From an uncultured Candidatus Saccharibacteria bacterium (GTDB lineage: Bacteria > Patescibacteriota > Minisyncoccia > Phycocordibacterales > PALSA-1337), in contig CAYWKB010000001.1 of assembly GCA_964459225.1 (NCBI GenBank), positions 180,140-244,139 on the forward strand: 64,000 nt of DNA, read 5' to 3'. Position 1 is the first letter of the stretch. Each line of letters begins with the position of its first letter. A program made the translations under genes and the position numbers. Shown here piece after piece: positions 1 through 10,654 of this stretch. Below the pieces are notes generated by a model. The model worked only from the letters and a program-made list of their open reading frames with translations, ran no database searches and had not been told where the DNA came from.

Positions 1-1283
1 GCAAATTGTATTTGTGAACTTGTAAGTACTGGAGTGTTACTTGAAATCTTACTTGTGTAACATCCTTTCACTGATTCATAATTATTTTTTGTTGCTATAA
101 GTGTATTAAGAGAAGAATCTTTATTTGTTTTTATACTACTTGTATTACTGATATAAATATCCAGATTTCTCAACATTGTAGATTTTGCGTCAGCGACTTG
201 TTGATTATTAGAACTATTTGAAGCATTTGCCTCGTTTTGAATCTGGGTTACATATGCACTTTTATCACCTGCTCCACTACCACTAAGTGCTGTAAGTCCT
301 GATTGTAATACTTGTGTTACAAGTTGAGCAAAGAGTGCATCCACAACTTCATTTATCTCATCTGCTAGATTAAGAGCATCTGCCGGTACACCTAATTGTT
401 TATCGAGTGATCCTGCAATAACAGATCCTGGTGTCTGAACATCACATTTTTGATATCTATTAACTTCTCTTTGGGCGTAATATGCCTCCTCTGATCCTTT
501 TTCTGTTTTTGCTAAAGCTTGTTCGGCATAGTAGGCTTCTTCAGAACCATCGTTTTGACATTTCTTCCATGACAAAAATCCTCTTCCCTGACTTAGTTCA
601 TCTTTTTGTTGAATTTGTGCACCTGCAACTCTAAGTGATAATTCACTATCTGCTGTTAAATATGCTCCGTAAGGGTTGTTGGCAGGTTCAGTTGTCATGG
701 TTACAAAGGCTGGCCAACCACCTTGTTTGAAATCTCCCGCAGTAAAACCATTTATTGAAGCGCCCTCAACTGCGTTTTTTGAATTTTCTATAATCTTACC
801 TAATGTACATGTATATCTTTGTTGAACTCTTGGATGATATTTAAATGAAAGTGCCAAACGAATATCAATACTAAAAGGACTACAAAGACTTGCAAGTGGC
901 CCACCTGTTTTAGCCAAAAAGTCTCCAGTGATTTGATCAGCAACGTCTAGGAAAAATGCACCTGGATTTTGTATAAAAGCAGGACTACCTTCAAAACCAG
1001 AATTAATCCAATTAACAACACTTGCAGTTATTTGTCTCACAACTTGTTTTAATAGAGTTGTAACTAGACCATCGAGTACGTATTCCTTTAATTCTAGAGA
1101 ATAATTTGAAAATGAGCTAACTGTTGAGTTAATTGCTGTAATTGTTGTTTGAACAATATTTCCTGCATCTACAGTCGCTAACTGTGCATTTGATGTTTTA
1201 ACATTTAAATTAAATAAAAATACAAATATAAAAGCTATATTTATTATTTTTGATATTATTTTTTTATTTAATAAACATTTCAT
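1..1283 (-). CDS. Secreted/membrane conserved hypothetical protein typical of Parcubacteria (partial, runs off left edge)
   Basis: ATG at 1283; reads MKCLLNKKIISKIINIAFIFVFLFNLNVKTSNAQLAT...LKEYVLDGLV...SVVNWINSGFEGSPAFIQNPGAFFLDVADQ; signal-like N-terminus; absent from ORF track because it is truncated. Confidence 0.75.
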   Translation of the reverse strand, partial: MKCLLNKKIISKIINIAFIFVFLFNLNVKTSNAQLATVDAGNIVQTTITAINSTVSSFSNYSLELKEYVLDGLVTTLLKQVVRQITASVVNWINSGFEGSPAFIQNPGAFFLDVADQITGDFLAKTGGPLASLCSPFSIDIRLALSFKYHPRVQQRYTCTLGKIIENSKNAVEGASINGFTAGDFKQGGWPAFVTMTTEPANNPYGAYLTADSELSLRVAGAQIQQKDELSQGRGFLSWKKCQNDGSEEAYYAEQALAKTEKGSEEAYYAQREVNRYQKCDVQTPGSVIAGSLDKQLGVPADALNLADEINEVVDALFAQLVTQVLQSGLTALSGSGAGDKSAYVTQIQNEANASNSSNNQQVADAKSTMLRNLDIYISNTSSIKTNKDSSLNTLIATKNNYESVKGCYTSKISSNTPVLTSSQIQF

Positions 1284-1285
1284 AA

Positions 1286-2188
1286 TTAACTTTTTATTGG
1301 ATTTACTCCTACAAAATTCAAATAACTTTTAATTCCATTATATGAATTATTAAATGCTTCAGCGTATTTGAGATAATTCCCTGCCCCCTGTATACCCGCA
1401 ACTGGATCCTTTTCTATTTTTTTAAATGATTCTGCTACAAAGATTAAACCACTAAGTGAATTTATTAAATCTAAATGTAATTGTGAAATTGTATTCGGTA
1501 CTTTTGTTTTTAATAATTCATTAAGCATATTTTTATAGCTTGCTATTATCGGATCGAGTTCATTAAGAATTTTCATATCTTGTTTATCAACTGCATCCTT
1601 TGCTATTATGCCCTCATTTCTTGATTTAACTGCGTATTTATTTAAAATCGTATTGACTTTATCTCCGTATGACTTTATTGCATTTGTGCTTGTATCTGAA
1701 TCAATAATAATATTTGATATCGAATAACTCTTAGCCTGCATTGTGCCTATTACACTTATTACGCTTTGATTCATTGCGTCTTCCTGGCTCTGCTTGTCAC
1801 CTGATATACCCATTTTTCTAAGTTCCATATATCTAGCAAAAAAGTCACGACTTAAAAGTTCTGTGCTAGTTAGGGGTTCTTTTTTATCTCCCGCATCTTT
1901 TATTTCTGATGCTTTGCTACTAATATCCCCCTTACTTTTTGCATCCCTCGGGTCACTCCCTACTAGTATTTCTTCCCAATCTTTTAATCCATCGCCATCT
2001 GTGTCTATTCCTGAATCTAATTTATCATTCATTACACTTATTTCATTTGCTACATATGTTTCTGGTGTTTTTTGATTTCTGTATTCAGCAAATACAAAAG
2101 CTCCTCCGACAAGAAGGATTGCAATAAAGATCAAAATCACGTTTCTAACACTACCTTTTTTAATTGTTTTTGTGTTTTGGTAATTCAC
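1286..2188 (-). CDS. Membrane-anchored hypothetical protein with Ca-binding TSP3-like motif
   Basis: N-terminal TM helix; DTDGDGLKDWEE...GSDP motif. Confidence 0.7.
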   Translation of the reverse strand: MNYQNTKTIKKGSVRNVILIFIAILLVGGAFVFAEYRNQKTPETYVANEISVMNDKLDSGIDTDGDGLKDWEEILVGSDPRDAKSKGDISSKASEIKDAGDKKEPLTSTELLSRDFFARYMELRKMGISGDKQSQEDAMNQSVISVIGTMQAKSYSISNIIIDSDTSTNAIKSYGDKVNTILNKYAVKSRNEGIIAKDAVDKQDMKILNELDPIIASYKNMLNELLKTKVPNTISQLHLDLINSLSGLIFVAESFKKIEKDPVAGIQGAGNYLKYAEAFNNSYNGIKSYLNFVGVNPIKS

Positions 2189-2221
2189 GTGGGCAGTATT
2201 CTCGATACTGCTTGAATTATA

Positions 2222-3058
2222 TCAAGATATACAAGTAAAACCTACGATTTTTTTCCACATTTCTAGACTTACATTTTCTGCTCTGATATCAGGTGGTATA
2301 TTTTGACTTTCCCATATATTTTGAAGGGTATTTTTGGGTATTTTATCTTCTAAATTCCTAATTAAAAACTTTCTTTTATGAGCAAAACCTGCTTTTATGA
2401 TTTCAAAAAAAGTTTTTTCGTCAATTTTACTATCTATGAAGAATTTTTTGGAAATATTTTCAATCATAATTACCGCAGAATCAACATTTGGCATAGGTCT
2501 AAAAAATTTACGAGGAACGGTGCAAATATATTTAGGATTACCATAAACTTTGACTGAAATTGATAAAATACTCTCTTTTTTGTCTACAATTCTCTTTGCA
2601 ACCTCTTTTTGTACCATAACAATCATTTTATCTGGTGTATTTTTGTATTCTAGAAATTTCCTCATAAATTCACCAGTGATATAGTACGGAATATTTGCAA
2701 TAATTGTATATTTACCTAAAGAATCAATAAAATCCTCACTTAATTCAAGTACATCTTGATTTAATATGGTTAATTTCCCATCTTTCACGTATTCTGCAAA
2801 TTTTTCATTTAAATACGGTATTGCCCTATCATCTTTTTCAATTGCAATCACATTTCCACCAGATTCAAGTATTTTTGAAGTCAACGCTCCTTTACCAGGG
2901 CCTATTTCAAGTACTTTTGTGCCCTCAATTATATTCCCTGCTTTTACCATGGCGCTAATAACATTTGGAGCATGCAAAAAGTTTTGACCAAGTGACTTTT
3001 TGGCTTCAAAATTTAATTGATTATTTATTTCATTGTTATTTTCTGTGTAATTTTCCAT
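2222..3058 (-). CDS. rsmA: 16S rRNA adenine dimethyltransferase
   Basis: KKSLGQNFL, VLEIGPGKGALT, ANIPYYIT, MVQKEVA, PNVDSAV. Confidence 0.97.
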   Translation of the reverse strand: MENYTENNNEINNQLNFEAKKSLGQNFLHAPNVISAMVKAGNIIEGTKVLEIGPGKGALTSKILESGGNVIAIEKDDRAIPYLNEKFAEYVKDGKLTILNQDVLELSEDFIDSLGKYTIIANIPYYITGEFMRKFLEYKNTPDKMIVMVQKEVAKRIVDKKESILSISVKVYGNPKYICTVPRKFFRPMPNVDSAVIMIENISKKFFIDSKIDEKTFFEIIKAGFAHKRKFLIRNLEDKIPKNTLQNIWESQNIPPDIRAENVSLEMWKKIVGFTCIS

Positions 3059-3065
3059 TTTAAAT

Positions 3066-5033
3066 TTAAAAATCTATAAAAATAGCTTTAATTCCCCTCG
3101 GTTCCTCGGCATCGCCCTTTGATTGTATGTGTTCATCGCCAATATCACTTATAAAATGTGAAGGAGTATTTAACTTTTGTGCACCGTATATTGTTCTTAT
3201 TTGAGCATAACTCAAAAATACTTTCATTCTTGCTCTTGTTATTGCGACATAAAACAATCTCCTCTCCTCTTCCATTTCACTTTGACTTGCCCCTTTACCA
3301 TCTCTACCCTCACCCATTCTTGCATGTGGGAATAAATCTTCCTCAAGACCCGCGATAAAGACATAGTTAAATTCTAGACCTTTTGAAGCGTGAACAGTCA
3401 TCAATTTTACTGCATTATTATCCTTTTCCATTTCATCTTGATCTGTTGCAAGGGCTACATTTTCGAGCAGCTTTTCGATTGCACGTTCTGCACCCTCATC
3501 ATTAAATACCTGATCGTATTGCGATGCAACAGTAACTAATTCCCTAAGGTTTTCAAGCTTTTCTTGTTCTTCTGGGCCGCCGTTTCTATAGGCTGTTTCC
3601 ATTCCAGTTTCCTTTATTATGTATTTTATAAGATTTGATGGAGATTCCTTTACTGCTGTGTTTTTGATTCTCTCTAAAAGATTAAGGAAAACAGACACTT
3701 TATTTCTAATTGCAGGGCCTAATGTGTTTTCCTCGCCGACAATCACTTTCATTATTGTTGTTTTACCTATACCGCGTGGAGGTACATTTACTATTCTAAC
3801 CATATCATTTGTACTTTCCCTATTAAGTGATGCTTTTATAAAAGAAATCACATCTTTGATTTCTTTTCTTTCAAAAAATTTAACTCCAAGTACTTGATAT
3901 GGAATATTTTTATGTAAAAATGCTTCTTCAAGTACTCTAGATTGGAAATTTGCACGATAAAGTACTGCAATATCTCTAGGTTCACTACCATTTCGCATTA
4001 AATTTCTAACTTCTTCAGCTATCATTCTTGCTTCCTCTTGTTCAGTGTATGAAATAAGTAATTCAATCTTTTCACCTTCATGGTTTTTGGTAAAAAGATT
4101 TTTTTCTCTTCGCATTACATTTTTCTTTATTACATTATTTGCTGCGGTCAATATTGTTTGTGTTGATCTGTAATTTTCTTCAAGTGTAATGACTTTTGCT
4201 TCACTATATTCCTTTTCAAAATTCAATATATTTGAAATATCTGAACCTCTCCAGCTATATATATTTTGATCAATATCGCCTACCACACATATATTTCGAT
4301 GATCTTTTGCAAGTAATGAGGCAATTTCGTATTGAACCTTATTTGTATCCTGATACTCGTCTATATGAATATATTTCCATATTGTTGAATATCTCTTCCT
4401 CACATCCTCGTTTTGTCTAAGTAATACTGCGGTTTTTAATAATAAATCATCAAAATCTAATGATTTTTCCCTATTTAGCGTAGCTTCGTATTTTTCCCAG
4501 ACTTGAGCGACTATTTTTTGAAAATACTCTTTATTTGAACTTTTATATGAATTTATAGTATTGCCATCACCCTTTTCCCTTGAAATTGTATTTAAAATAG
4601 TACCTGGATCGTATTCCTTTGGATCTAAGCCTGATTCGATAAGTGCATCTTTTACTGCTTTTTTTGAATCTCCCCTATCGTATATAGTAAAATGCCTTGG
4701 AACTCCTAATAATTGTGAATTTTCCTTGATAATGTGCACTCCTAATGCGTGAAATGTACTAACAAATGGTCTTTCACTAAAAGAAATAGGTATATTTAAC
4801 TCTTTGTCCTGTTCAATAAGATGAAATACTCTCTCTCGCATCTCTTTTGCGGCTTTGTTGGTAAAAGTTATAGCTAAAATTTCTGATGGCTTTACGCCAT
4901 TTTTAATCAAATTAAGTATTCTGTGTGTAATGGTTTTTGTTTTACCTGCCCCTGCTCCAGCAATAATAAGTAGAGGTCCACTTAGGGTATTTACCGCTTC
5001 ATTTTGTGCCTTGTTTAATCCGCTCTCTTTCAT
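3066..5033 (-). CDS. pcrA: ATP-dependent DNA helicase PcrA/UvrD
   Basis: AGAGAGKT, TFTNKAA, DEYQD, GDIDQNIYSWRG, NYRS, TVHASKGLEF, EERRLFYVAITRA. Confidence 0.95.
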   Translation of the reverse strand: MKESGLNKAQNEAVNTLSGPLLIIAGAGAGKTKTITHRILNLIKNGVKPSEILAITFTNKAAKEMRERVFHLIEQDKELNIPISFSERPFVSTFHALGVHIIKENSQLLGVPRHFTIYDRGDSKKAVKDALIESGLDPKEYDPGTILNTISREKGDGNTINSYKSSNKEYFQKIVAQVWEKYEATLNREKSLDFDDLLLKTAVLLRQNEDVRKRYSTIWKYIHIDEYQDTNKVQYEIASLLAKDHRNICVVGDIDQNIYSWRGSDISNILNFEKEYSEAKVITLEENYRSTQTILTAANNVIKKNVMRREKNLFTKNHEGEKIELLISYTEQEEARMIAEEVRNLMRNGSEPRDIAVLYRANFQSRVLEEAFLHKNIPYQVLGVKFFERKEIKDVISFIKASLNRESTNDMVRIVNVPPRGIGKTTIMKVIVGEENTLGPAIRNKVSVFLNLLERIKNTAVKESPSNLIKYIIKETGMETAYRNGGPEEQEKLENLRELVTVASQYDQVFNDEGAERAIEKLLENVALATDQDEMEKDNNAVKLMTVHASKGLEFNYVFIAGLEEDLFPHARMGEGRDGKGASQSEMEEERRLFYVAITRARMKVFLSYAQIRTIYGAQKLNTPSHFISDIGDEHIQSKGDAEEPRGIKAIFIDF

Positions 5034-5310
5034 GAGTACAACTATATCATGTATCAGTTAAAACATATCAAAATAAAACAATTTATTATAAGAACATTCA
5101 ATAGTGTTTTTGACTGTAATACACATTTATTGTATCGTTTTTTGTGTCCACAGGGCCTATTGACTTTAATTTTTCACTAGCGTAGTCTAGATAGGTAACC
5201 AAAAAATATTGGTATACACATGGCTCTATAAAGCCATATTCTGTAAATTCTGAATTACCGAACACCTCAAAAAGGTAAATGGATGATATTGACGCAGGAC
5301 TATTTATATC

Positions 5311-6411
5311 ATGCAATTTTTAAATAAAAATCTAAGCGGTAAAATACAAAATATTTCAAACATCTCATCAAAGATGTTTATTTCTCTTTTTATACTTTCA
5401 ATAACCTTTATTAGCTATAATACAAATATTAAGACAGCAAATGCTGGTCTTTTTTCTTCTCTAACTGATCTTGTTGGTGATGATGTATCTGCTGAAACTC
5501 AAAGCACAAAAGCAGTAGTTAATTCACAAAACATGGCATTATTGCAGGCTGCTGTAAACACTGATCCTACTCCACATAAAAATGATGACTACACACCTAT
5601 ATCTAATGGTAATGCATTAGTTGCTGAAGTAGGTCCACAAGGTACATTATCTGAATTACAAGAGGATGTTTCTACTGAAATTAGTGTTTATACAGTTAGA
5701 GAGGGCGATAGTCTATCAAAAATAGCCGAATTATTTAATGTTTCTGTTAATACTATTATTTGGGCAAATGATTTAAATAAAAATTCAAGTATAAGCGAAG
5801 GACAAGTACTTATTATATTACCTATTTCAGGTATCAAGTATACAGTCAAAAAAGGAGATACAATAAAAGGAATTGCATTAAAATACAAGGCAAATCTCGA
5901 TGAACTTTTACAATATAATGATATTACCCTTTCAACTAATCTGAGGGTTGGAGATGCGATTATCATTCCAGATGCAGAATCTACTGTTGTAGAGACACCA
6001 AAATTAGCTAAAAATACTAAGACAACAACAAACAAAGTACATGATGCTGATGGTCCTTTTTATCCTGGATATTACATAAGACCAATTGAGGGTGGACGAA
6101 AGTCACAAGGACTACATGGATATAATGCCGTTGATCTAGCTGCCCCAGCAGGAACTATTATAAGAGCTTCAGCTTCAGGAACAGTTATTGCAAGTATGAA
6201 AAATGGTGCATGGAATGGTGGTTATGGAAATTATGTAATCATTTCACATAAAAATGGCACTCAAACTCTATATGCTCATACACAGAAAAACTTTGTAAGT
6301 GTTGGAGATTATGTTGAACAAGGTCAAATGATTGCTAAAGTTGGAAATACAGGTAAATCAACTGGTAATCACGTTCACTTTGAGATAAGAGGAGCTAAAA
6401 ATCCTTTCTAA
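5311..6411 (+). CDS. LysM-domain M23 family peptidoglycan endopeptidase
   Basis: Two LysM repeats (YTVREGDSLSKIA; YTVKKGDTIKGIA); HGYNAVD, YAH and HVHFE M23 motifs. Confidence 0.93.
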   Translation: MQFLNKNLSGKIQNISNISSKMFISLFILSITFISYNTNIKTANAGLFSSLTDLVGDDVSAETQSTKAVVNSQNMALLQAAVNTDPTPHKNDDYTPISNGNALVAEVGPQGTLSELQEDVSTEISVYTVREGDSLSKIAELFNVSVNTIIWANDLNKNSSISEGQVLIILPISGIKYTVKKGDTIKGIALKYKANLDELLQYNDITLSTNLRVGDAIIIPDAESTVVETPKLAKNTKTTTNKVHDADGPFYPGYYIRPIEGGRKSQGLHGYNAVDLAAPAGTIIRASASGTVIASMKNGAWNGGYGNYVIISHKNGTQTLYAHTQKNFVSVGDYVEQGQMIAKVGNTGKSTGNHVHFEIRGAKNPF

Positions 6412-7952
6412 TTTATCTTTTGTCTGTACTGTAATGCTTCTAATACGTGGTTTTTGTTTATATCTTTTGAATTATCCAAATCTGCAATAGTTCTAGATAG
6501 TTTAATAATGCGATGATATGCCCTTGCTGATAATGATAGTCTTTCGGCTGACTTTTTTAATAATGTATTTACCTCATTACTTAGTACAATGCATTTTTCA
6601 ATATCTTGAACGGACATTTCGCTATTATATTTTTTATTTAATATTTTGAATTTTTCATATCTCTGTAATTGTACTTGCCTACATTTTATTACCCTACTCC
6701 TTATAGTCTCTGAGCTTTCTGAATGATCCTGTGAATTCGATAATTTATCGTATTCTAACTTTGATACTGATATCCACATATCTATACGATCCACTATTGG
6801 ACCAGAAATCCTCTTTCTATAATTTTGTATGTCTTTGGACTGACAATTGCAATTTTTACCTACTCCATAACCACATGGACATGGATTCATCGAAACAATA
6901 ACTATACATTGTGCTGGAAATGTTAATGTTCCCTTTGCTCTACCTATAGTTACAACATGATCTTCAAGTGGTTGTCTTAATGCTTCGATTGACTTTTTAT
7001 CGAATTCTGGAAATTCGTCCAAAAACAATACTCCCCTATGCGCCAAAGTTATTTCCCCTGGTTTTGGATATGGTCCTCCACCTATAAGTGATACATGCGA
7101 AGAAGTATGATGCGGTGATCTAAAAGGAGCTTTTGTAATAAATGTTTCATTAAGTGTTCTAGCTATAGAGTGTATGCCAGTGACTTCAAGTATTTCATCG
7201 TATTCAAGACAAGGCAAAATACTTTGAAATGCCTTAGCGAGCATTGTCTTTCCTGTGCCTGGTGGGCCAAACATTCCTATATTATGTCCTCCGCATGCAG
7301 CAATTTCTAATGCCCTTTTTGCAGAGTCCTGTCCCTTTATAATACTAAAATCATTATCAAATATATTATTTGTATTAACGTCCCTGCTCTTGTTTATCAA
7401 TGTCTTTTTCTGCTTTTTAATTTTGCAGTCCTTTTTATTTGTTAAATGATTTATTATTTCATTTAGATTTTTGACTGGATATATCTTGATACCAGATACG
7501 AGGCCGGCTTCCTCCCTGTTTTTGTATGGTACATATATTTCTTTAAATCCATTGTTAACCGCACCTTTTGTAAGTGGCAATATACCACTAACCTCCCTAA
7601 TATCCCCTTCAAGTGACAGTTCACCAAGAAATATTTTGTCTCTTTCATCAAAATCAATATCCCCGCTTGCGAGTAAGTATGCAAGAGCCATACCTAAATC
7701 AAATGAAGGTCCCTCTTTCCTTATATGCGCTGGTGCAAGAGATATGACCACTTTTTGATTTTTTTGCTTTGGCGATACATAGCCAGTATTTTTAATTGCA
7801 GCTGATACCCTATCTTTTGACTCATCAACTGCTTTATCACCAAGACCTACAATCGAAAATGCGTGTAAACCATTTGAAAGATCAACTTCAATATCAATAA
7901 TATGACTATCAAGACCAGATAATTGTAAACTATAAACTTTTGCTATACTCAT
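6408..7952 (-). CDS. comM: YifB/ComM Mg-chelatase-like AAA+ helicase
   Basis: GELSLEG, GPPGTGKTMLA, PFRSPHH, LAHRGVLFLDE, MNPCPCG, LSARAYHR. Confidence 0.95.
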   Translation of the reverse strand: MSIAKVYSLQLSGLDSHIIDIEVDLSNGLHAFSIVGLGDKAVDESKDRVSAAIKNTGYVSPKQKNQKVVISLAPAHIRKEGPSFDLGMALAYLLASGDIDFDERDKIFLGELSLEGDIREVSGILPLTKGAVNNGFKEIYVPYKNREEAGLVSGIKIYPVKNLNEIINHLTNKKDCKIKKQKKTLINKSRDVNTNNIFDNDFSIIKGQDSAKRALEIAACGGHNIGMFGPPGTGKTMLAKAFQSILPCLEYDEILEVTGIHSIARTLNETFITKAPFRSPHHTSSHVSLIGGGPYPKPGEITLAHRGVLFLDEFPEFDKKSIEALRQPLEDHVVTIGRAKGTLTFPAQCIVIVSMNPCPCGYGVGKNCNCQSKDIQNYRKRISGPIVDRIDMWISVSKLEYDKLSNSQDHSESSETIRSRVIKCRQVQLQRYEKFKILNKKYNSEMSVQDIEKCIVLSNEVNTLLKKSAERLSLSARAYHRIIKLSRTIADLDNSKDINKNHVLEALQYRQKIN

Positions 7953-7958
7953 GGATTC

Positions 7959-8031
7959 AAAATATCATATTGAAATGAAATCCAAATAAAAAACTGATAA
8001 AATCTAAATGAAATTTTTATCAGTTTTTTAT
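7959..8031 (-). promoter_or_regulatory. comM promoter with 11-bp-period TTT(C/T)AT repeat array and extended -10
   Basis: Minus strand: 2 inverted plus 4 direct hexamers, then TGA-TATTTT 6 nt before ATG; same architecture as comEC. Confidence 0.75.
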
Positions 8032-8058
8032 TTTATAGCCTTTGTTATACTCATCAAA

Positions 8059-8424
8059 CTAATTATGCATATGTGCCTTGCAGGTTCTTGCTGAAGGATT
8101 GGCTTCTAATCTATCTTTTTCAATTAATTCCCCTGAAATTTCACAAATACCGTATTTACCCTTTTCTATTCTGTCTAATGCTGCCTTTACTTCCATGTAT
8201 TGTGGTTCAAGCTTACCTATTATTGCTTCATTTTCCTCTAATTCTTCAAATTTATCTGCTACTTCATTATCATCAGCACTGTCTGTTTCGATATCTGTTG
8301 TTGTTGCAGACCAATCATTTGGATTATTTGGATTAACCTTTCCAACACTTTGAAGCTCTCCCTCAAGCAGAGACTTTTCCTTTAATAGTTTTTCCTTGAA
8401 ATGCTGTATATCATTATTATTCAT
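8059..8424 (-). CDS. TraR/DksA family protein (2-Cys variant)
   Basis: AALDRIEKGKYGICEISGELIEKDRLEANPSARTC; acidic coiled-coil tip. Confidence 0.88.
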   Translation of the reverse strand: MNNNDIQHFKEKLLKEKSLLEGELQSVGKVNPNNPNDWSATTTDIETDSADDNEVADKFEELEENEAIIGKLEPQYMEVKAALDRIEKGKYGICEISGELIEKDRLEANPSARTCKAHMHN

Positions 8425-8433
8425 ATATACATT

Positions 8434-9840
8434 TTATCTTATATATGTTTGCTTTTCAATACGTTCAATTAAGGCAGGTATTACAATTTCTGAATCTGTT
8501 ATTAGTATTGTATTTTTATCTAAAAATGTATAAAGCAATAGCATTTCACCGTTTTGTGTTTTGAATTCTCTTATATCTCTGTTTTTTATAACTTTATCTT
8601 CAAAATTACCTTTAATATTGTAGAAATTTGAAATAGTCGATGTGCTATTTGAGGTATTTCTGTATGCAATTTCTTTATAATCAAATATATTCATGAATTC
8701 ATCAGGCATAGTCTCTTCCCATTTAAGCATTCCCGCAAAAGCATTTTGGAAAAAGTCATTTGTGAGAATGATAAATGGAATATTTTTGCCATTATATGAA
8801 TAAATACCTAACATCCATCTATCCGTTAGCGATCTCTTTAATGTATCTGTAATTTCAAATCCCATTGCTTCTATAAACTTTTTTGAACCAAGTTTAATGG
8901 TTGTTGAGGCTGCAGTCTTTATTGCAGGGACTATTTCGTATATTTGATTATTTGGAATATCGTATTTATTGAATTGACTATTAACAAACTGAGTTAGCAT
9001 GCCTTTTTTGAGTTCTGGTGCTGAGACAACTTTTAATGCATCAGGAGTTATTACACTTGGTATTTTGCCTTCTTGTTTAACTACAGGTTGTTTTGCGAGC
9101 GGACTAATAGTGTATAAATAATAAGCGCCAAATCCACCAGCGACTATAAATATAAGACTAAATACAAATTTAAGTATATTTTTACCTATATTTGAACTTT
9201 CTTTATTTGAAATTACTTCTGAATTAGAATTTTTAGAGTTTTCGGCTATAACTATTTTGGCAACAGATGCTCTTTTTTTAGTCATTGCCTCTGCCATATC
9301 ACTTTCGTATGTTCTAATCGGTTTTTGACCTTTAAAATCAGTTGTGGCTACATTTTTATTTTCATTTTCACTACTATTATTTAAAATAGGGCTTTGACTT
9401 TGAGTTGATTGGTTTTGTGTTAATGGATTTTGCTGTACCGGTTGAGTCTGTTGTACTTGTTGAACTTGCCCAATATTACCCTGCTCTGTTTTTATGGGTT
9501 GTGCGATATTATCTTTGATAATATTTAGTTTTATCTTATTTAAACTAGCATCAATACTCTCCTTTTTTTCTTCTTCTGATTGAATTGGGCTCTTACTTAA
9601 CTGAGCTATAGTACTATTTGGTAATGTATTCGTGCTTGTTTTTGTAATAGTGTTGTTATTTGTATTAGGAATTGGTCCTTGATTTGAAATTATATTAGAA
9701 GCAACAGTACTATTTCTTATTTGTGCACCATTTTCTGTTTGTGCGTGTAAAACATCAAAGTTATTTGAAACCTTTTTGGGATTTATATTACTATTTTGCA
9801 AAATACTAGAGACTTTTGATTGTAAATCTTCTCCTTCCAT
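8434..9840 (-). CDS. Hypothetical single-TM protein with low-complexity N-terminus
   Basis: Q/N/S-rich N-terminus, PIRTYESD motif, one TM, AFAGMLKWE motif. Confidence 0.75.
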   Translation of the reverse strand: MEGEDLQSKVSSILQNSNINPKKVSNNFDVLHAQTENGAQIRNSTVASNIISNQGPIPNTNNNTITKTSTNTLPNSTIAQLSKSPIQSEEEKKESIDASLNKIKLNIIKDNIAQPIKTEQGNIGQVQQVQQTQPVQQNPLTQNQSTQSQSPILNNSSENENKNVATTDFKGQKPIRTYESDMAEAMTKKRASVAKIVIAENSKNSNSEVISNKESSNIGKNILKFVFSLIFIVAGGFGAYYLYTISPLAKQPVVKQEGKIPSVITPDALKVVSAPELKKGMLTQFVNSQFNKYDIPNNQIYEIVPAIKTAASTTIKLGSKKFIEAMGFEITDTLKRSLTDRWMLGIYSYNGKNIPFIILTNDFFQNAFAGMLKWEETMPDEFMNIFDYKEIAYRNTSNSTSTISNFYNIKGNFEDKVIKNRDIREFKTQNGEMLLLYTFLDKNTILITDSEIVIPALIERIEKQTYIR

Positions 9841-9864
9841 ATGTATTTAGTATACAACCTAACC

Positions 9865-10491
9865 CTATTCCTGCCCAGACAAATCTGCGATATCATCAGC
9901 AACTGTTCCAAGTGTTGCATCTTTTGGACCTCTTTTTTTGAAACTATTTTTACTAGATTGTTTACCTGCTTTATGAAATTGTCTATGACCTATTAGATAT
10001 TTTGAAACATTTTCATCAAGATCAAAAAAATCATCCACAACTTCACGAAGTTTTGTTGATGTTGATTTACCAAATGATACTACCTCTACCTGACATCCTT
10101 CATTAACTTTCAAATATTCAACAAGTGGTGCAAAGTCTCCATCACCGGTTAAAAGTATTACTGAGTCTAGCTTCGGAGCGAGCTTTACTGCGTCTATTGC
10201 CATACCCACATCCCAATCTGCCTTTTTTGCTCCACTTCCAAATATTTGCAGGTCTTTTGTCTTTGTTTCTATACCCATTTTTGTTAATGCTTCAAAAAAT
10301 GCCTTCTCATCCCCTCCTTCCGTTGTTATCACATATGCAACGGCACGTATTAGAGATCTCTCCCCTACCGCATCTTTTACTATTTGACCAAAATTCACTT
10401 TTGAATGATATAGATTTTTAGCACTATGATAAATGTTTTGAGTATCTATAAAAACTCCAACTCTTTGTTCCTTATGTTTAATTACTGACAT
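9865..10491 (-). CDS. NYN/LabA (DUF88) domain protein
   Basis: VFIDTQN, KADWDVGMAID, LTGDGDF, DDFFDL. Confidence 0.92.
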   Translation of the reverse strand: MSVIKHKEQRVGVFIDTQNIYHSAKNLYHSKVNFGQIVKDAVGERSLIRAVAYVITTEGGDEKAFFEALTKMGIETKTKDLQIFGSGAKKADWDVGMAIDAVKLAPKLDSVILLTGDGDFAPLVEYLKVNEGCQVEVVSFGKSTSTKLREVVDDFFDLDENVSKYLIGHRQFHKAGKQSSKNSFKKRGPKDATLGTVADDIADLSGQE

Positions 10492-10627
10492 ATAAAATTA
10501 TTCTTATTAAATTATTAAAAAATTACTTACTACTATTACCTATTATTACTTATTAAAATCACATTAAATATTTAAAATAAATACAAATATTTATTAAAAC
10601 ACTTCAAATATTATACCATAAAGATCA

Positions 10628-10645
10628 AACCGCCTTTTGGCGGTT
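10628..10645 (-). terminator. Intrinsic terminator after rpsO
   Basis: AACCGCC-TTTT-GGCGGTT hairpin. Confidence 0.65.
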
Positions 10646-10654
10646 ATAATCTTG

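Noticed and set aside
5098-5316. 72-aa ORF or c-di-AMP riboswitch upstream of the M23 gene
   Set aside because: No protein motif; only a small ATGGCT/AGCCAT hairpin and no ydaO consensus
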